The position numbers were made by a program, and so were the translations under genes. Positions 50,811 through 64,000 of a stretch of DNA of 64,000 nt are shown in pieces. This DNA comes from Octopus sinensis (taxonomy: Eukaryota), in contig NC_043006.1 of NCBI RefSeq assembly GCF_006345805.1, forward strand, positions 61,380,001 through 61,444,000, given 5' to 3'. Below the pieces are notes generated by a model that was not told the DNA's origin, searched no databases, and was given only the letters and a program-made list of their open reading frames with translations. Each line of letters begins with the position of its first letter. The first letter of the stretch is position 1.

Positions 50811-52099
50811 ATTTCATAGTTTACATTCTACTATATCCCAAAGAGAGTCAACTATAAGTTAATGTGCAAACGTGCTCTGCAGTTATTTCCCTCGAGTCCT
50901 ATAATTTATAATTCAATCTTGTCACTGTATTAAACAACGCAGAAATGGTGATTAAAAAAACCCGTTGAAGCGATTTATGCAGAAGCTGAACACATTTAAC
51001 AATGATCTTAGTAGATCATCGAAAAGAGCATGTTTTATTGAAGTAGGTTATAGACATTATGGTGACGAAACTACATTTAGTTCCTAATCCCTACGTTCTA
51101 ATTTCAAATTTAATCCACAGCAGAATGCAAATAACATCATCAAATGCCTATTATTATTTTGAATCAAGACTTTGTTGCAGTAGGTGGTAGAGTTAATTCA
51201 GCTGTCCTTCGGGTATTACTGCTATCAATATTGATTCAAACTTGTTTTTTAACTGCATTATATTATTTAAAGTACCATTGGACATATTTGATTTAACTTG
51301 CTGAGGTTTGTAATAATAATTGTGGTTTTCAAATTAACTGTTATTTAATGTTGATTGTTATTTTTGAATATGTCTACCTTGGAGAAGGCAAAAAAAAATA
51401 TATATTCAATATTTGAAATAATAAATTACCATGAAATTAATCTAAATAAATTTTTCGACCAAATAAGTACGCTTTCATATTCTTTTCATTATTGCATGAC
51501 TGAAATATTGTTATCATTCCCGTGAGAAATTATTTATTATAGCCACTGGTTGATTAACTTTTGTGGGCGATATCATGCAACGATACATCATTCAGTTAAT
51601 GTTGTAGAAAATGTGGTTTATTCCATCGAAAATATAAATAACAAACCTGACAGCTGTCCTCTCCATAAGGAATAAGTAAATAAATATAATAAATATGAAA
51701 AACAAAACTATTCAACAATCACAATGTTATAATGCACACCTTTGTAAATACACTTTTAAACTACCCATCAGATAAACTGTTATGCGCATGCATATTAGTT
51801 TACCTAGTGATTTATTTTAAATACGAACTATAGAAAATGTAGGCATAGCATTTCCGAAAGTGTATAGCGAGATGACGACAGTACTTTCCACTTGATTTCC
51901 CTTTTGGTGACATAAATATTTTATTTCTAAACTTGATACGAGACCATATATTTTAGAGGAACGGCATATTCGTTTCAATCAACCAGAATAATAACAGGTT
52001 CGAGGGAGAAATGTTGAGAGACGATATAAAATACCCCTCTCTGTTTCAACCCTGCCCTGCTCTCTCTTTCAATCTCAACTCGAAATATAAAGGAATATA

Positions 52100-53356
52100 T
52101 CAGGTCATTCCATAAGTTCTGTTCGACTTTACTTTTTGAAAATTGAATGAAATTTGATAGTATTTTTGAATGTCTAATAGAATCTAAAATTATTTCTATC
52201 TATTTGTGTACATTTAAACTAATTAAATATTATTTTACATAGTAATAGAATTAAAATGTCTTTGATTAAAACCCTTTCTAACATGGAAGTATTCAAAGAG
52301 CATTTAAGGCGCATAATGCTTTATGAGTACAAAAAAGGAAGCTCTGCAGCCGAGGCGACTCGAAACATACATTCAGTTTATGGGAAAGAATGGTTGAAGG
52401 AAAGAACTTGCAGAAGATTGTCTGCAAATTTCAGAAGTCGAGATTTCAGACTGGACGATGAAGGCTGAACAGGACGTCCAGTTGAGTTTGATGATAAGCT
52501 CCTTGAAACATTACTTGAAGCAAATCCTGTATTATCAGTTGAAGAATTGGCAATATAGCTTCGTTGAAACCATACAACTGTTCATCGCCATCTTCAACAA
52601 CTTGGAAAGTTTCATAAACTTGGAAAATGGGTGCCTCATAAATTGTCCGAAAGCAAATCCCGAGTTGACATCTACTCTTCTCCCCATTCTCGCGACTTTA
52701 TTTCACCCTTTTTGGATAGACTTGTGATTGGTGAAGAAAAATGGATCTTCTATCGAAATGTTAAACATCGTAAACAGTGGCTTATTAAAAGAGGAAAATC
52801 TCAACCACAATTGAGAAAGGAACTTCATGGAAAACAAGTTCTTCTCTCTGTTGGAATGTTACCACCTAATGCAACAATCAATGCTCAAGTCTACTGTCAA
52901 CAATTAGAGCGTTTGAATCTAGCTTTCAAGAAAAAAAGACCCGCTTTATTGAATCGAAATGGAGTGATGTTTCATCAGGACAATGTTTCCTCAGGACCCT
53001 AAACTTCAAAGATTACATCACAGAAACTCGAACAGTTTCGTTGGGAAAAAATCCCTCATCCACCTTATTCTCCTGACCTGACTCCTTCGGACAACCATCA
53101 GTTTCGTAGTTTTCAGAATCATTTGGAGGATATAACTTTCGCAAGCCAGGGGAAGGTCGAAACTAATAGTTCAGTGTTCTTCGCTTTGAAACCAACAGAG
53201 TTTTACATAGATGGGATTAAAATGCTTGTAAATAGATGGAAGGAAGTCATAGATAATCAGGGAAAGTATATTGATGATTAACTATCAATTAAATATAACA
53301 TTTGATCACTTGATCTCTTTATTCAAAATTCAGACAGAGCGTATGGGATGACCTGT
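52100..53356 (+). mobile_element. Near-full-length decayed mariner (DD34D) transposon
   Basis: Imperfect 26-bp TIRs (TCAGGTCATTCCATAAGTTCTGTTCG and ACAGGTCATCCCATACGCTCTGTCTG) with flanking TA. Transposase from 52256 has WVPHKL, GEEKW, FHQDN and HPPYSPDL; several stops and an internal deletion. Confidence 0.93.
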
Positions 53357-54544
53357 TAAATGCATAGAATGCATCGATTAGCATTTTATACACTTATCGC
53401 ACAATTCTGCGAAAAGAAAACAACTTGTGTATCCTTCCCAACATGAAGCATGAATCTCCTGAATTCGGAATGGAGTTTGAAGATCATCGTCGCCTGTAGG
53501 CACGGTGTGTGATGACAGTTGATGTGAGGGATACATAGAAATAAGAGAACTTTTACTGAATAGCGAGCAGAATTATTGAAGCAGAGTGAATATTTGATGA
53601 CTTCAAACTTTGTCTAAAACAATCGCTTCGGAGTATTATTACTCGCACACTTCCACACATACATTCATAGTCACATGAGATAGCAGTGGTCATACATACA
53701 CGTATATGTATATGTAAACATACACAAAGACACATTCAGACACGTTTACATACATTCTTACATACACATATATATTAATGTTCGTTTTTAAGTCAAGCTT
53801 TAATAAGAACAATGTTACATTAATCTTCAGGATTACGCGGTACTCTTTGTAGATCATATACCTATTACACTGTAACAAAAGTAGTACGGGCAATGACTTC
53901 GAAATTTTCGCCTCCCGAACCATCATTGCTCTGTGATATATTCGAGATAATTTTGGCTTTACGTAGTCTATGTAGAGTTAAAATTTTCTGGGTTGTGTGG
54001 AACTCTGTTGAGTGAAAAGGGGTTCTAGGGTAGGTTGCACTGCAAATGTGGGATGCTTTTATTGCACAAAATACAGATTTTGCATGTAGAGATTTGTTAT
54101 CAGGTGTATTATTTTAGCATGACATCTTTAGCATTGGGGTTACTTTTAAGGGTTTACAAAGAAACGTAAACGTAAAAAATATTAAACAGTAAGCGGATGT
54201 GTCCATATGTTTAGTTTTTGTTGATTTCATTTGTGGAGGATATAAACGATTGTTTAGGAAAGCAGAGATTGTTTTTTAATTCCGAGTTCAGTCCAAGTTT
54301 CTAACGTTTACACCTTTATAATTTGGTGTGTTTATTTAGGTGCGTCAGTTTTGGGATGTTAAGGGTTAGTAATGAATGTAAATATGTGGGAACGTTAGTT
54401 GGTCAGAGGATTTCTTTACATGTTAGTGTGTTTTAGCAGTTTATACTATTTGTTTTGAGAAGGTCGAAGTTATCAGTTATCAGTCAAGGTCCTTGTTTCG
54501 GTGTGTTGATTTATGTTGGTATACAAAGACTCCGTATATTAAAT

Positions 54545-54585
<41 letters not shown>

Positions 54586-54989
54586 GCAATTTCAGAAAGA
54601 TCTACCAATAGTCACATACTCTCGAAATACAATGATGCAATTATTTGGCAAATTTATAAGATATGGTTTATGTTACCAAGCAATCTTTAAGTCTCAGTAT
54701 ATATCGTAAGATGTATTCGAAAACCAGTATGTTGGCTAATGAAATGGCCCTGACGTAAGTAGCTTTCATTTTCTCGATGGTTTAACTTTCCTCAACCAAT
54801 CAATTGGCCGAATGACTTAAACCATCAATAGCAAACCTACAATGAATACTGGAAGAAGCTGTAAGTATGATTTATGATATAAACGCGTGTGTTTGTGCGT
54901 ATGATTTCAAATTTTTGCAGAAGGCTAATAAGTTAAGAGGAAAGTGTAGATCGATAAGATGGAATCCTGTGTTTAATTTGTACTATTTT

Positions 54990-55742
54990 TGACCGAAGGC
55001 AATGTCGACCCCGGTGACATTGGATCTGGGAGCGTAAAGTCGGCAGAAAAGCCGTTAAGAATTTTTCCGCCGCGTTATTGATTCTTCTATCTCGCGGCCT
55101 TACCTATATTAATAACATTGAATTCAAATTTTGGTACAATGCCAGAAAGTTCCGGAAAGGAAGAAAGACACAGTCGACCTCGGCGGAATTTGAACTCAGA
55201 ACGTAAAGGTAGACGAAATCCCGCTAAGCATTTCGCCTGTCCTGCTAACGTTTCTGCCAGCTCGCTACCTTTCCTGTACTAAGGATTCTACCAGCTTCTC
55301 GCCATCCTTATATCTATTAAAATTTTGGCACAAGGCTAGCATGTTCGGTGGATGGGGCTAAATCGATTACATCGACTCCAGCATTGGTCTGGTACTTAAT
55401 TTTATCAACATCCGAAATGATGAGAGGCAAGTCGACGACCTCGGTATCATTTGAACTCAAACCGTGAAGACGTATGGACGCTAAATATTTTGCACGGCGT
55501 GCTAACGATTCTGATTTCTTTACTGCCTACAAGGGCCTACACAAAGCGGGAACAAACAAGGTCAGAAAAACAGATTAAGTCGATTATATCGACCCCAGTG
55601 CGTAACTGGTACTTATTTAATCGACCCCGAATGGATGAAAGGCAAAGTCGACCCCGGCGGAATTTGAACTCAGAACGTAGCGGCAGACAAAATACCGCTA
55701 AGCATTTCGCCCGGCGTGCTAGTGATTCTGCCATCTCGCCTC
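54990..55742 (-). mobile_element. Cluster of about four family B SINE copies or fragments in the same orientation
   Basis: GTCGACC(T/C)CGG...TTTGAACTCA recurs near 54995, 55175, 55430 and 55650; the best copy is 55525-55742. Confidence 0.8.
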
Positions 55743-56141
55743 ATTCGTCGCCTGTTTGATATTAGTAAAATTGAAATCTGTTATGCCAGAGGCTCTAACA
55801 ATAAAGATTTAGTAGAGTAACTTATACATTGATGTAATAATTTTACTGTGAAATTTAGACGTATTGCAATGTTCTGCATACGTATATCCATGTGTATGTA
55901 TGCATGTATGTATGTGTGTATGTGTATGTCTGAGTTTGTGCGTGTAGATATCAGTATGCACGTGTAAATGTGTGCATATGGATGTTCATGTGTATAGTGT
56001 TAGTGTGCATATGTGTATATGTGTGTGCGTTGCCTGTATAAGTGCATACATATATATTTGTATGTGGGGATGGGTTTGTGGTGGGTATATGTGTGAATAT
56101 ATGTGTATACCACTGTTGTGGTGGGTATATGTGTTTTCTAA

Positions 56142-56542
56142 TGTGTATACCTCTTTTTTTGTATGTGTGAGCAACATCACGCATTCTGTGTGATTATAAT
56201 TGCATGTTCGGCGCGGCACAAAACAAAATTGAAAGCATTTGTAAATATGAGTGTATACGTATATTGTATGTATATGAGTGCTTTTGTATTTCTATAGGTA
56301 TGAATATGTGTGTATGCCTATGTATGAATATGTCCGTATATATTTACGTATATAAATATCTGTTCATTAAATTCTGCAGAGGTGTGCTTTACCTTTCAAA
56401 ATATGTACTAGTTGATTACAGGGTTTTGTATTATGGACTTAAACTCTCCTATCTTGTGCCAAAATTTGATACCTATATATATATATAACATATCACACAT
56501 TGCTACGGAATGATTCACACATCTGCACCTGCCTTTATACAA
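56142..56542 (-). repeat. Direct duplicate of the Helitron helicase end and downstream region (partner 57547-57958)
   Basis: About 400-bp colinear match with scattered substitutions and one 11-12 bp indel. Confidence 0.9.
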
Positions 56543-56830
56543 ATAATGAAACATTTTTTATATGTTTCATATTCGCTTAGTAAACATATCTTTCTGTAGC
56601 TCTCATGACAGATTTGAAAAATATTCTCCGTTAAACCATAAATAAGGAGGTTTTTTGTTTCGTTTCCCCCCTATATTTGCACAAATATATATCTACGTTT
56701 TTCACCTCTCTTGAAGTGTATGTTAAACAAAAGGTGTGCATATATGTGTCTGTGTGGATAAGCGTCTAACCGTATTGACATATGTATAAAACTGTTATAC
56801 TTCAAATTTAAATACGATGCATTTGCCTGG

Positions 56831-56888
<58 letters not shown>

Positions 56889-57336
56889 ATTATATATATA
56901 TATATGTATATATATACATATAGGTAGACCCAAGCGTATGTGCATGAGTGTATCTGCATATGTATATATATGTATATGCATATATGTACGTATTTGTGTG
57001 TATATATCTTTATAAGTGTGTTCTTATGTTTGTGCGTGCTTGTGCGAAAGCGCTTGAGTGTAATTGTATCTGTGTGTGTAGGTGTCAGTGTAAGTGTAAA
57101 TATAGAGGGTTGCGTATATGTACATACGCCGAATGGCACGTGTGCGTATATACGTGAGTGTATTCCGTGTGTATATATGTGTGTACTTGTATGTGTAATT
57201 GTATTTGTTCTGTACTATAATTGGCAGGGTGAGGGTTGTGTGCCCGTATATATGTATAGATATATATGTATGCATGTGGGTGTATGAACACAAGTGTATC
57301 TATGAATGTGCAGACGCAAAGGACTTCATATATATA

Positions 57337-57377
57337 GTAGCTGAATCACCGCCCTCCGGGCGGTCGAGTCGGCTAGT
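57337..57377. terminator. Helitron 3'-terminal hairpin
   Basis: ACCGCCC-TCC-GGGCGGT (57348-57364), followed on + by 8 nt and CTAG|T, and on - by 7 nt and CTAC|T. Confidence 0.6.
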
Positions 57378-57929
57378 ACATATCTGAACTCCTGTTTGTA
57401 GTTTAAAAGTAAAAAGCGAAACTGCCTATAATTTTCTTAAATAATTTCCTTATAGACAACGTTGTCAGTGTACCCTTATACTCTGAGTCTAAAGCCAATA
57501 TATGTACATTGTTCACAGAACCAACCATGCTGCTGATACCTCGGTGTGTGTATACCTCTTGTTTTGTATGTGTGCGCAACATCACGCATTCTGTATGATT
57601 ATACTTGCATGTTTGGCGCGGCAAAAGACAAAATTGAAAGCATTTGTAAATATGGGTGTATACGTATATTGTATGTATATGAGTGCTTTTGTATTTATAA
57701 AAGTATGAATATGTGTGTATGCCTATGTATGAATATGTCCGTATATATTTGCGTATATAAATATTTGTACATCAAATTCCGCAGAGGTGTGCTTTACCTT
57801 TCATAATATGTACTAGCTGATCACTGGGGTTTGTATTTTGCACTTAAACTCTCCTATCGAATATGCTGGTCTTGTGCCAAAATTTGAAACCTATATATAT
57901 ATAACATATCACACATTGCTACGTAATGA

Positions 57930-60260
57930 TTCACACATCTGCACCTGCCTTTATACAACTGGCCATGGTGAACGTAGATTTTTGCAAGTAAATTGCAAAC
58001 TTCTCTAAGATCTGGTCTTGGGATTTGTTTGATGTCATTCTAAAAGCCAGATTCGCAGGAAGCAGATTCCTAAAAAATGAGAACAGATAGTCCTCCTTAG
58101 TGGTCCGTGGAATTCGTGGTATCATTATTCGGATTCCAACATGTATCCCATTGGCCACTTCTGCTTCAATAATGTGGTTGTGCAGATTGAAGACTAAATA
58201 TCTTGTTCTATTGCATTGATCCCCTGCTGGATCAATGTTTCTGACCAGCATAATGGAAGAATGATTCTTCAAGCCAAAATGTATGACGGAAACCCTGATG
58301 CATTGAGATCATTGAACAGTTCCGACGGAAACTCAGTCTCGTTTTCGAGTAAAGTGTCATAGCTTCGATAAACTTTACTATCTCCTTGTAGACATTTCAA
58401 CTATTCCCTTCTTCAGCAGCCTTGTTTGTAGGAGTAATGACGGCTCTACTACTCATCCATAGTCCCTCTCAATATTTCTCATTACCCCGACGACCAACTC
58501 ACAGAAGTCCTGTAGACTTGCAGAGTCAATCAAATGCAGAGGGGGGGAATAGATATTTTGTATTCACCAATTTCTTGATTGATAGGGAATTTCCATTCCC
58601 CAGCTGGTCAAGATAGGATATGAAAGCAGTGCCATCACCGCCAAAATTTTTGACTCTCATATTGACAAACAACTGCAGATTTTGGACATAGTTCCAAATA
58701 TATGACTGTTGTAATGTGACCTTGTCTAACTTCTCTCTCTGAGACTGCAATCAACAAATTCATAGACATGTTCATGGCCCATTGTAACCTCGCCGATAAC
58801 CAGTGGCCTTGCGTTTCGGGAAGGTTTTACTGTGGAATCACTTATTTTCATGTGGTACATAGACTTTTCTGTAATTCTGATTGGAATACTGCATCTGGAA
58901 CGCAAAGTTCGCCCATTTTCCAGCAAGGTGGCAGCAATTCTTGAGGCAACAGCAATATGGCCTTGTGACCGAACTTCAGCGAGAATCAGACATATGCTAC
59001 TATTTTTCCCAAGACATTCTTCTTTAATAGATGATCCTTGAGAGAATTGTACTCTCTGGCTTCAATGTAAGGTCAATCCTACGTTTGTTCACCTTCAAAC
59101 AAGGTTTCCCACGTCTCAGTCCACTTTGACTTGGCTGTCATAGTAATGAAGTAGTCTGGCTTTCCAAACTCTCACATCAGAGCCAATCCAGCTTGGAAAC
59201 ACACACCGTAAAACCGAGAAGACCCAGTATGTGATGGTGAAGAATGATTTTTAGACCTTATGTTATTTATGTTACCATTTGCAATAGCATCAAGAAGGTC
59301 CTGCTACTTTTCGACTGTAAGCCGTTTCTGATGAGTTCCCAAAAAGTGTAATCGACTTGCTCTCTATCTTTGCATATTGATTCACTGCATATTCTTGTAT
59401 CAGACGCCTAATTCTCATTGTGCCATTGAACTCTTCCTACCTTACCTGAAACCGATAAGAATAAAAGTCACATTCAGTGATGCTTTTGCTTCAGGCATTG
59501 CTTTCAAGAGCACATTCCAGCCATCTTCCACATTGAGAAACAAAAGTACATAATGAAGAGGGTTTTTAACTTACGTGGATTTAACTTATGTTGTCTAACC
59601 TCCCATTGCTCTCTTTATTCTGCATAGCAACATCCGCAGGTTTAATGCTTGGAATATTGGTATCCTCTCCCACCACGATCACAGCAATTTCTGATGCAGT
59701 CGGTGGTTTATAGGTTCTCAGATGTGACCTAGCAGGAATAAGTCGATTGACATGACTCATAATAATATCACTGGTAGAACATTTTCCTGGTGCAGAATAT
59801 TCCTTAATTATATCAATAGTGTGTTTAAAACTTTTGACATATGGATTGTGCATAATCAGTACTCTCTTCAAGTCTACCAGGATGTTCTCATTAAGGTCAT
59901 TGTCAGCTCCTTTGCATGACAACCTGTTTCTCGTCACATTTTCAGTGTCAACGTAATATAGCTGTGTGTAGACTGGCTTCCTATTTACTGTTGATAAGAG
60001 ATTTCCTATGCAATAGTGCATCTTTCATTGAATCTTGAAAATAGGCATAACAGTTCTACTAACCGGAGGTCCAGCTGGTGGATTATCCAGTTCAAGCAGA
60101 GCCATAGCCAGTAAATTATTGTAGCCACGAATTTTGTTAAGAAATATTTGACTGCATAGGTTAAAATCATAGCTATTTATCCTGGGAGATTTAAAAAAAA
60201 TATTTGTGGAACTTTGTCTTTCCTAACTTTTCCTTTGCCACAGCAGAGGGTAGTTTTATC
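57930..60260 (-). mobile_element. Decayed Helitron RepHel (N-terminus, partial Rep, PIF1 helicase)
   Basis: CCGKGKV, IRGYNNLLAMA, HYCIGNLL..QLYYVD, HNPYVKSF, PTASEIAV. Helicase ATLLENGRT..IGEVTM, IWNYVQNLQLFVNMR, MLVRNID..CNRTR..IPRIP..LAFRMTSNKSQDQ..HGQLY. Confidence 0.9.
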
Positions 60261-60714
60261 AGCACCCCAAAGTATATACCAAACTTCTTACCACAAACAG
60301 CCCTTCTAATTACGTACCCCTAACAAACTGTAATATCATTTATGGATTAACAAAAAATAACTTTAGAAATCTATATTATACCTATTAAGTTAATATTAGT
60401 ATATTATTAGCATGTCCTATTAACAGCAATTATTCTTTCAACCAATACCGGGGTTTGGTCCTGATTATAGTAAGTTAAATAAGTTAATTAACAAGTTTTA
60501 GCTTATATATTATTATATATTTTCTATAAATACTTGCTATTGGAGTATAATAATGTATGGATATTTTATTATAGTTTTTAGTGAATATGGCGGTTTTTAT
60601 TCTTTTTCTATGATGCTCTACCCTAACCGATCACTTTTGTTATTGTTATTATTATTATTTTACAGAAATAACAACAATAACTGAAAGTGGACAGAAAGTC
60701 AAAGACGTCTTTCG

Positions 60715-60715
<1 letters not shown>

Positions 60716-60778
<63 letters not shown>
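60716..60778. repeat. (TA)n microsatellite
   Basis: Read directly from the sequence. Confidence 0.95.
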
Positions 60779-60782
<4 letters not shown>

Positions 60783-62470
60783 CAGTCAGTTTCAAAATAT
60801 AGTGTACTCTTTAGGGATCATAAAATCTAGAGATCGAGTGGAATTATGAATGTGGCACTGGGAGAATTCTCTTAATATATAGAGATAAACAGTCTAGTAT
60901 ACATTTTTTTACCATAAAGAAAAGGAGAAAAATTATTGTGAATACTTATTTTATTTTTATCACAGTAGGATACACAGTATACAGTTTAATACAAATGAAA
61001 TTCAAATGAACATACATTAACATAAAATAAAATAAGCATTGGAAGTGCCGACACATGTATCAGTCTGGTCACTATGTAAACAGTGTTTCGGAATATTCGT
61101 GCCATGTTAAGAGTTTTAGATGTAAAAAATAACAACAGTATCCAGATCTCTTCGGGGCTTTCAATTTCAAGAGGCCAATATTTACATATTTTTCACAGGC
61201 ATTAGTTGGTTAGAAAAGTAATAGTGGGAGGAATAAGCTAATCAAAACTTTCTAAAAACTTATTTGGGATTTAAATAACACTTGTATGTGATTTGACGGA
61301 AATTGTGCAATCCTTTAAGAGATTATATAGACGTTTAAGTGTTGTTAGAGATATAATGTAATTAAGGTAAGATATTGTGAAGACGTTAAGTAAAAAACAT
61401 TGAATTAAAGATAAGAAATAGGGAGGGATAAGAAAAAAAGCAATTAATAATATAGAGACAAGTAGATTTTAAGCGGGGAAAGAATAATGAAGTAAGATTA
61501 TAGTAAAATGAAAGAAGTTATAAATAACAATAAGTGATTAGGGATATATGATAAAAAGTATATGTACAGAATTTAGTATTTTTAAAGTCACGGCTAAGAA
61601 GGAATAAGCTATATTGTTTACTTAGGTAATAAAAGAGCAGGAATTAAATTAAAGATTCTCTCGTAAATAGTCGTATATCTTAACGTGCTAAGATCACTTA
61701 ATAATGCAGTGTATACATGTGAAATACAATTTAAATTATCGTTCGATTATGAAGAAAGTTTTCATTAATTATTCTAAAGAAAGATTAATGTTATTAGTAT
61801 TATGTACTATTTCAATGCACAAACAGATACGTTCAATTATGCAGGAAAACTATCAGATGGATAAAAAATATTTACTACACTTAATTTTATGAGGAATTTA
61901 AAGATTTGTGCAAAATAATAGAAAATATAAGGTAGTTATCTATTTTTAAAATGGTTCAACGTTGTTTCTCCCAAATAATTGTTATAATCAAGAACAACAG
62001 GTTATTTCCCTTCATCTATTTAGGGAATATAATTTGGATTACTTGACAGCTGAAACAAATATATAATGAGATATGTGGGGTATGTAGAGAAGAAGAATAT
62101 TTATTACGCAGGTGAAACATGATGCAGGTATGAATATAAACTATGTGACAGGTGAAGAGTAAATTATCATTTGATATTATGGTACAATTGTATGATCGGG
62201 AATATAAAGACATATTTTATAGTAGAGTGTTGTAGTAGTAAAAGAAAATAGGCGATGAACCTTAGTCTTGGTACATATATTATATAAAATGCACATATAC
62301 ATACTAATTAAGTGAGGCATGCAGAAAATATGAGTATAAGGTTTGTGGATGACATGGATATATATATATGCATGCAACTTATGCAATTATATGTACTTAA
62401 GTGGGTGAACGTACATGTATATATATATATATATATTTATATATGTATGTATTGCATTCTTTTCTTTCAG

Positions 62471-64000
62471 CCTTACAACAGCTGAAGCCCTAAGAATATT
62501 GGAAGAGCTGAGCAACGGATGCGATGTTCACTTGGGTCTCCCTCATGATATAGAACTCTCCGACGGCCATAGTGATGTTTCAAATGATGAGGCTGTAGGT
62601 TCCTCTGTTAGACTGAAAAGGGGGCTTTTGAAAACTGACGCACAAATTTCTTGTCAACAATATATGCTTTAGGAAATTGAAGAAGTTGCAGTAAAACGAA
62701 ATTCAGTAAAACAAATAATTGGAAGAAAAACGAAGCGGTGAATCGTGTTTCAACCTCCTGTGTGCCTGTAGATATATTCGAGGAAGCAAAATGTTGCTAA
62801 AATCCAGTAGATTTTTTTGTTTGTTCTTCACAAATGGATTACTGGATGACATTATAGAACAAACAAATCGATAATGCTGTTGAAAAAAATAAAGTACTGA
62901 TTGTATGCAAATCGGAGCTGTATGTATTCTTTGGTGGATTGCTTCTGTCAGCTCACTCTCCACTCCCTAATAAAAGAAGGTATTGGTCATCTGAAGTCAA
63001 TGTTTCAGAAATTTCGCAAAATACCATGAGGCGAGACAGATTTGAGAATATATTGAGAAATATCCTGTTTCTTTATTATAGTACCTATTTCTTTACTACC
63101 CACAAGGAGATAAACACAGAGAGGTCAAACAAGGACAGGCAAACGGATTAAGTCGATTATATCGACCCCAGTGCGTAACTGGTACTTATTTAATCGACCC
63201 AGAAAGGATGAAAGGTAAAGTCGACCTCGGCGGAAATGGAACTAATAACGTAGCGGCAGACGAAATACCTACTTCTATTTCTTTACTACCCACAAGGAGC
63301 TAAATACAGAGAGGACAAACAAGAAGACACAAACGGATTAAGTCGATTATATCGACCGAAGTGTGTACTTAATATATCGATCCCGAAAGGATGAAACGCA
63401 AAGTCGACCCCGGCGGAATTCGAACTCAGAACGCAGCGGCAGACGAAATACCACAAGGCATTTCGCGTGTTAACGTTTCTGCCAGCTCGCCGCCTTAATA
63501 TTGAGAAATATCCATTTAGTGGATAACGCCAATACTTCAAGAGACGATCTTGCATTCAAACTCAGACCTCTACTTGACAACTTAGAAAAAATTAAGTAAC
63601 ATGGTGGCTTGGGAGAACATCTCTCTGCTGACGAAAGTATCATTCCATGTTATGGCAAGCACTATGCCAAACAATTTATAAAAGTGTAACCAATTCTGTT
63701 TGGTTTAAAAGTTTGGGTTCTTTGTTCTCAGGCAAGAAGGATCGTCACAATAAAATCGAAAATGTATTTGGCTTAGATGTGAACGTTGTCTTTGATCTCA
63801 CTGATGCGGTAGGATTACCAGACAATAAAGGTTTCAAAATATTTTTTGATAACTATTTCACAAGTATTCAATCGATGGAGAAAGTTTTGAGAAAGGAATA
63901 TGTGTGTGTCGGGAACCTACAGAGAAAACAGGACGGCTAGATGTCCTTTTCAAACGAAAACAGAGACGAAAGCATGCCCCAGAGGAACAGCTTATTTCAA
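62471..64000 (+). mobile_element. piggyBac (PGBD2/3-like) transposase remnant, interrupted by SINEs, running off the window
   Basis: LTTAEALRIL..ELSDGHSD, LLSAHSPLPNKRRYWS..MRRDRFENILRNI|HLVDN..FKLRPLLD, SADESIIPCYGKHYAKQFI, IFFDNYFTS. Confidence 0.88.
63066..63497 (-). mobile_element. Head-to-tail dimer of SINE family B with one 16-bp TSD
   Basis: ATATTGAGAAATATCC at 63050-63065 and 63498-63513 flanks one full monomer and one 5'-shortened monomer. Confidence 0.9.

Noticed and set aside
53950-54490. Possible very old LINE RT on the minus strand (…SAFLNNR…)
   Set aside because: Only one short motif is recognisable, which is too little to annotate.

Overview
This is AT-rich, microsatellite-dense eukaryotic DNA, not prokaryotic. 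The SINE families and repeat mix suggest an octopus (inferred from remembered repeat sequences, not from a search). No host protein-coding gene can be identified with confidence; every recognisable reading frame belongs to a decayed transposable element. Elements found: one full-length but disrupted RTE LINE with a 9-bp TSD (4208-8075); a cluster of R4/Dong-type RLE retrotransposon remnants tied to (AAT)n arrays (about 10.4-19.6 kb); L1/Tx1 fragments; several Penelope-like (PLE) remnants; a Ty3/Gypsy gag remnant with a tRNA-Ser(GCU)-type PBS; two near-full-length mariners and Tc1/mariner fragments; two Helitron RepHel remnants; a piggyBac remnant; and many tRNA-derived SINEs. The most interesting signals are non-coding. 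Five minimal type-I hammerhead-like motifs plus one incomplete motif occur in or beside PLE-like or short non-coding repeats, and two of them share a U3-A8 core with covarying stem I. A 29-bp minisatellite appears to be built from half a hammerhead. There is also an apparently perfect 283-bp inverted duplication, a pre-miRNA-like hairpin and a GC-rich multi-hairpin island. All element assignments come from manual translation and motif recognition, and most boundaries are approximate.
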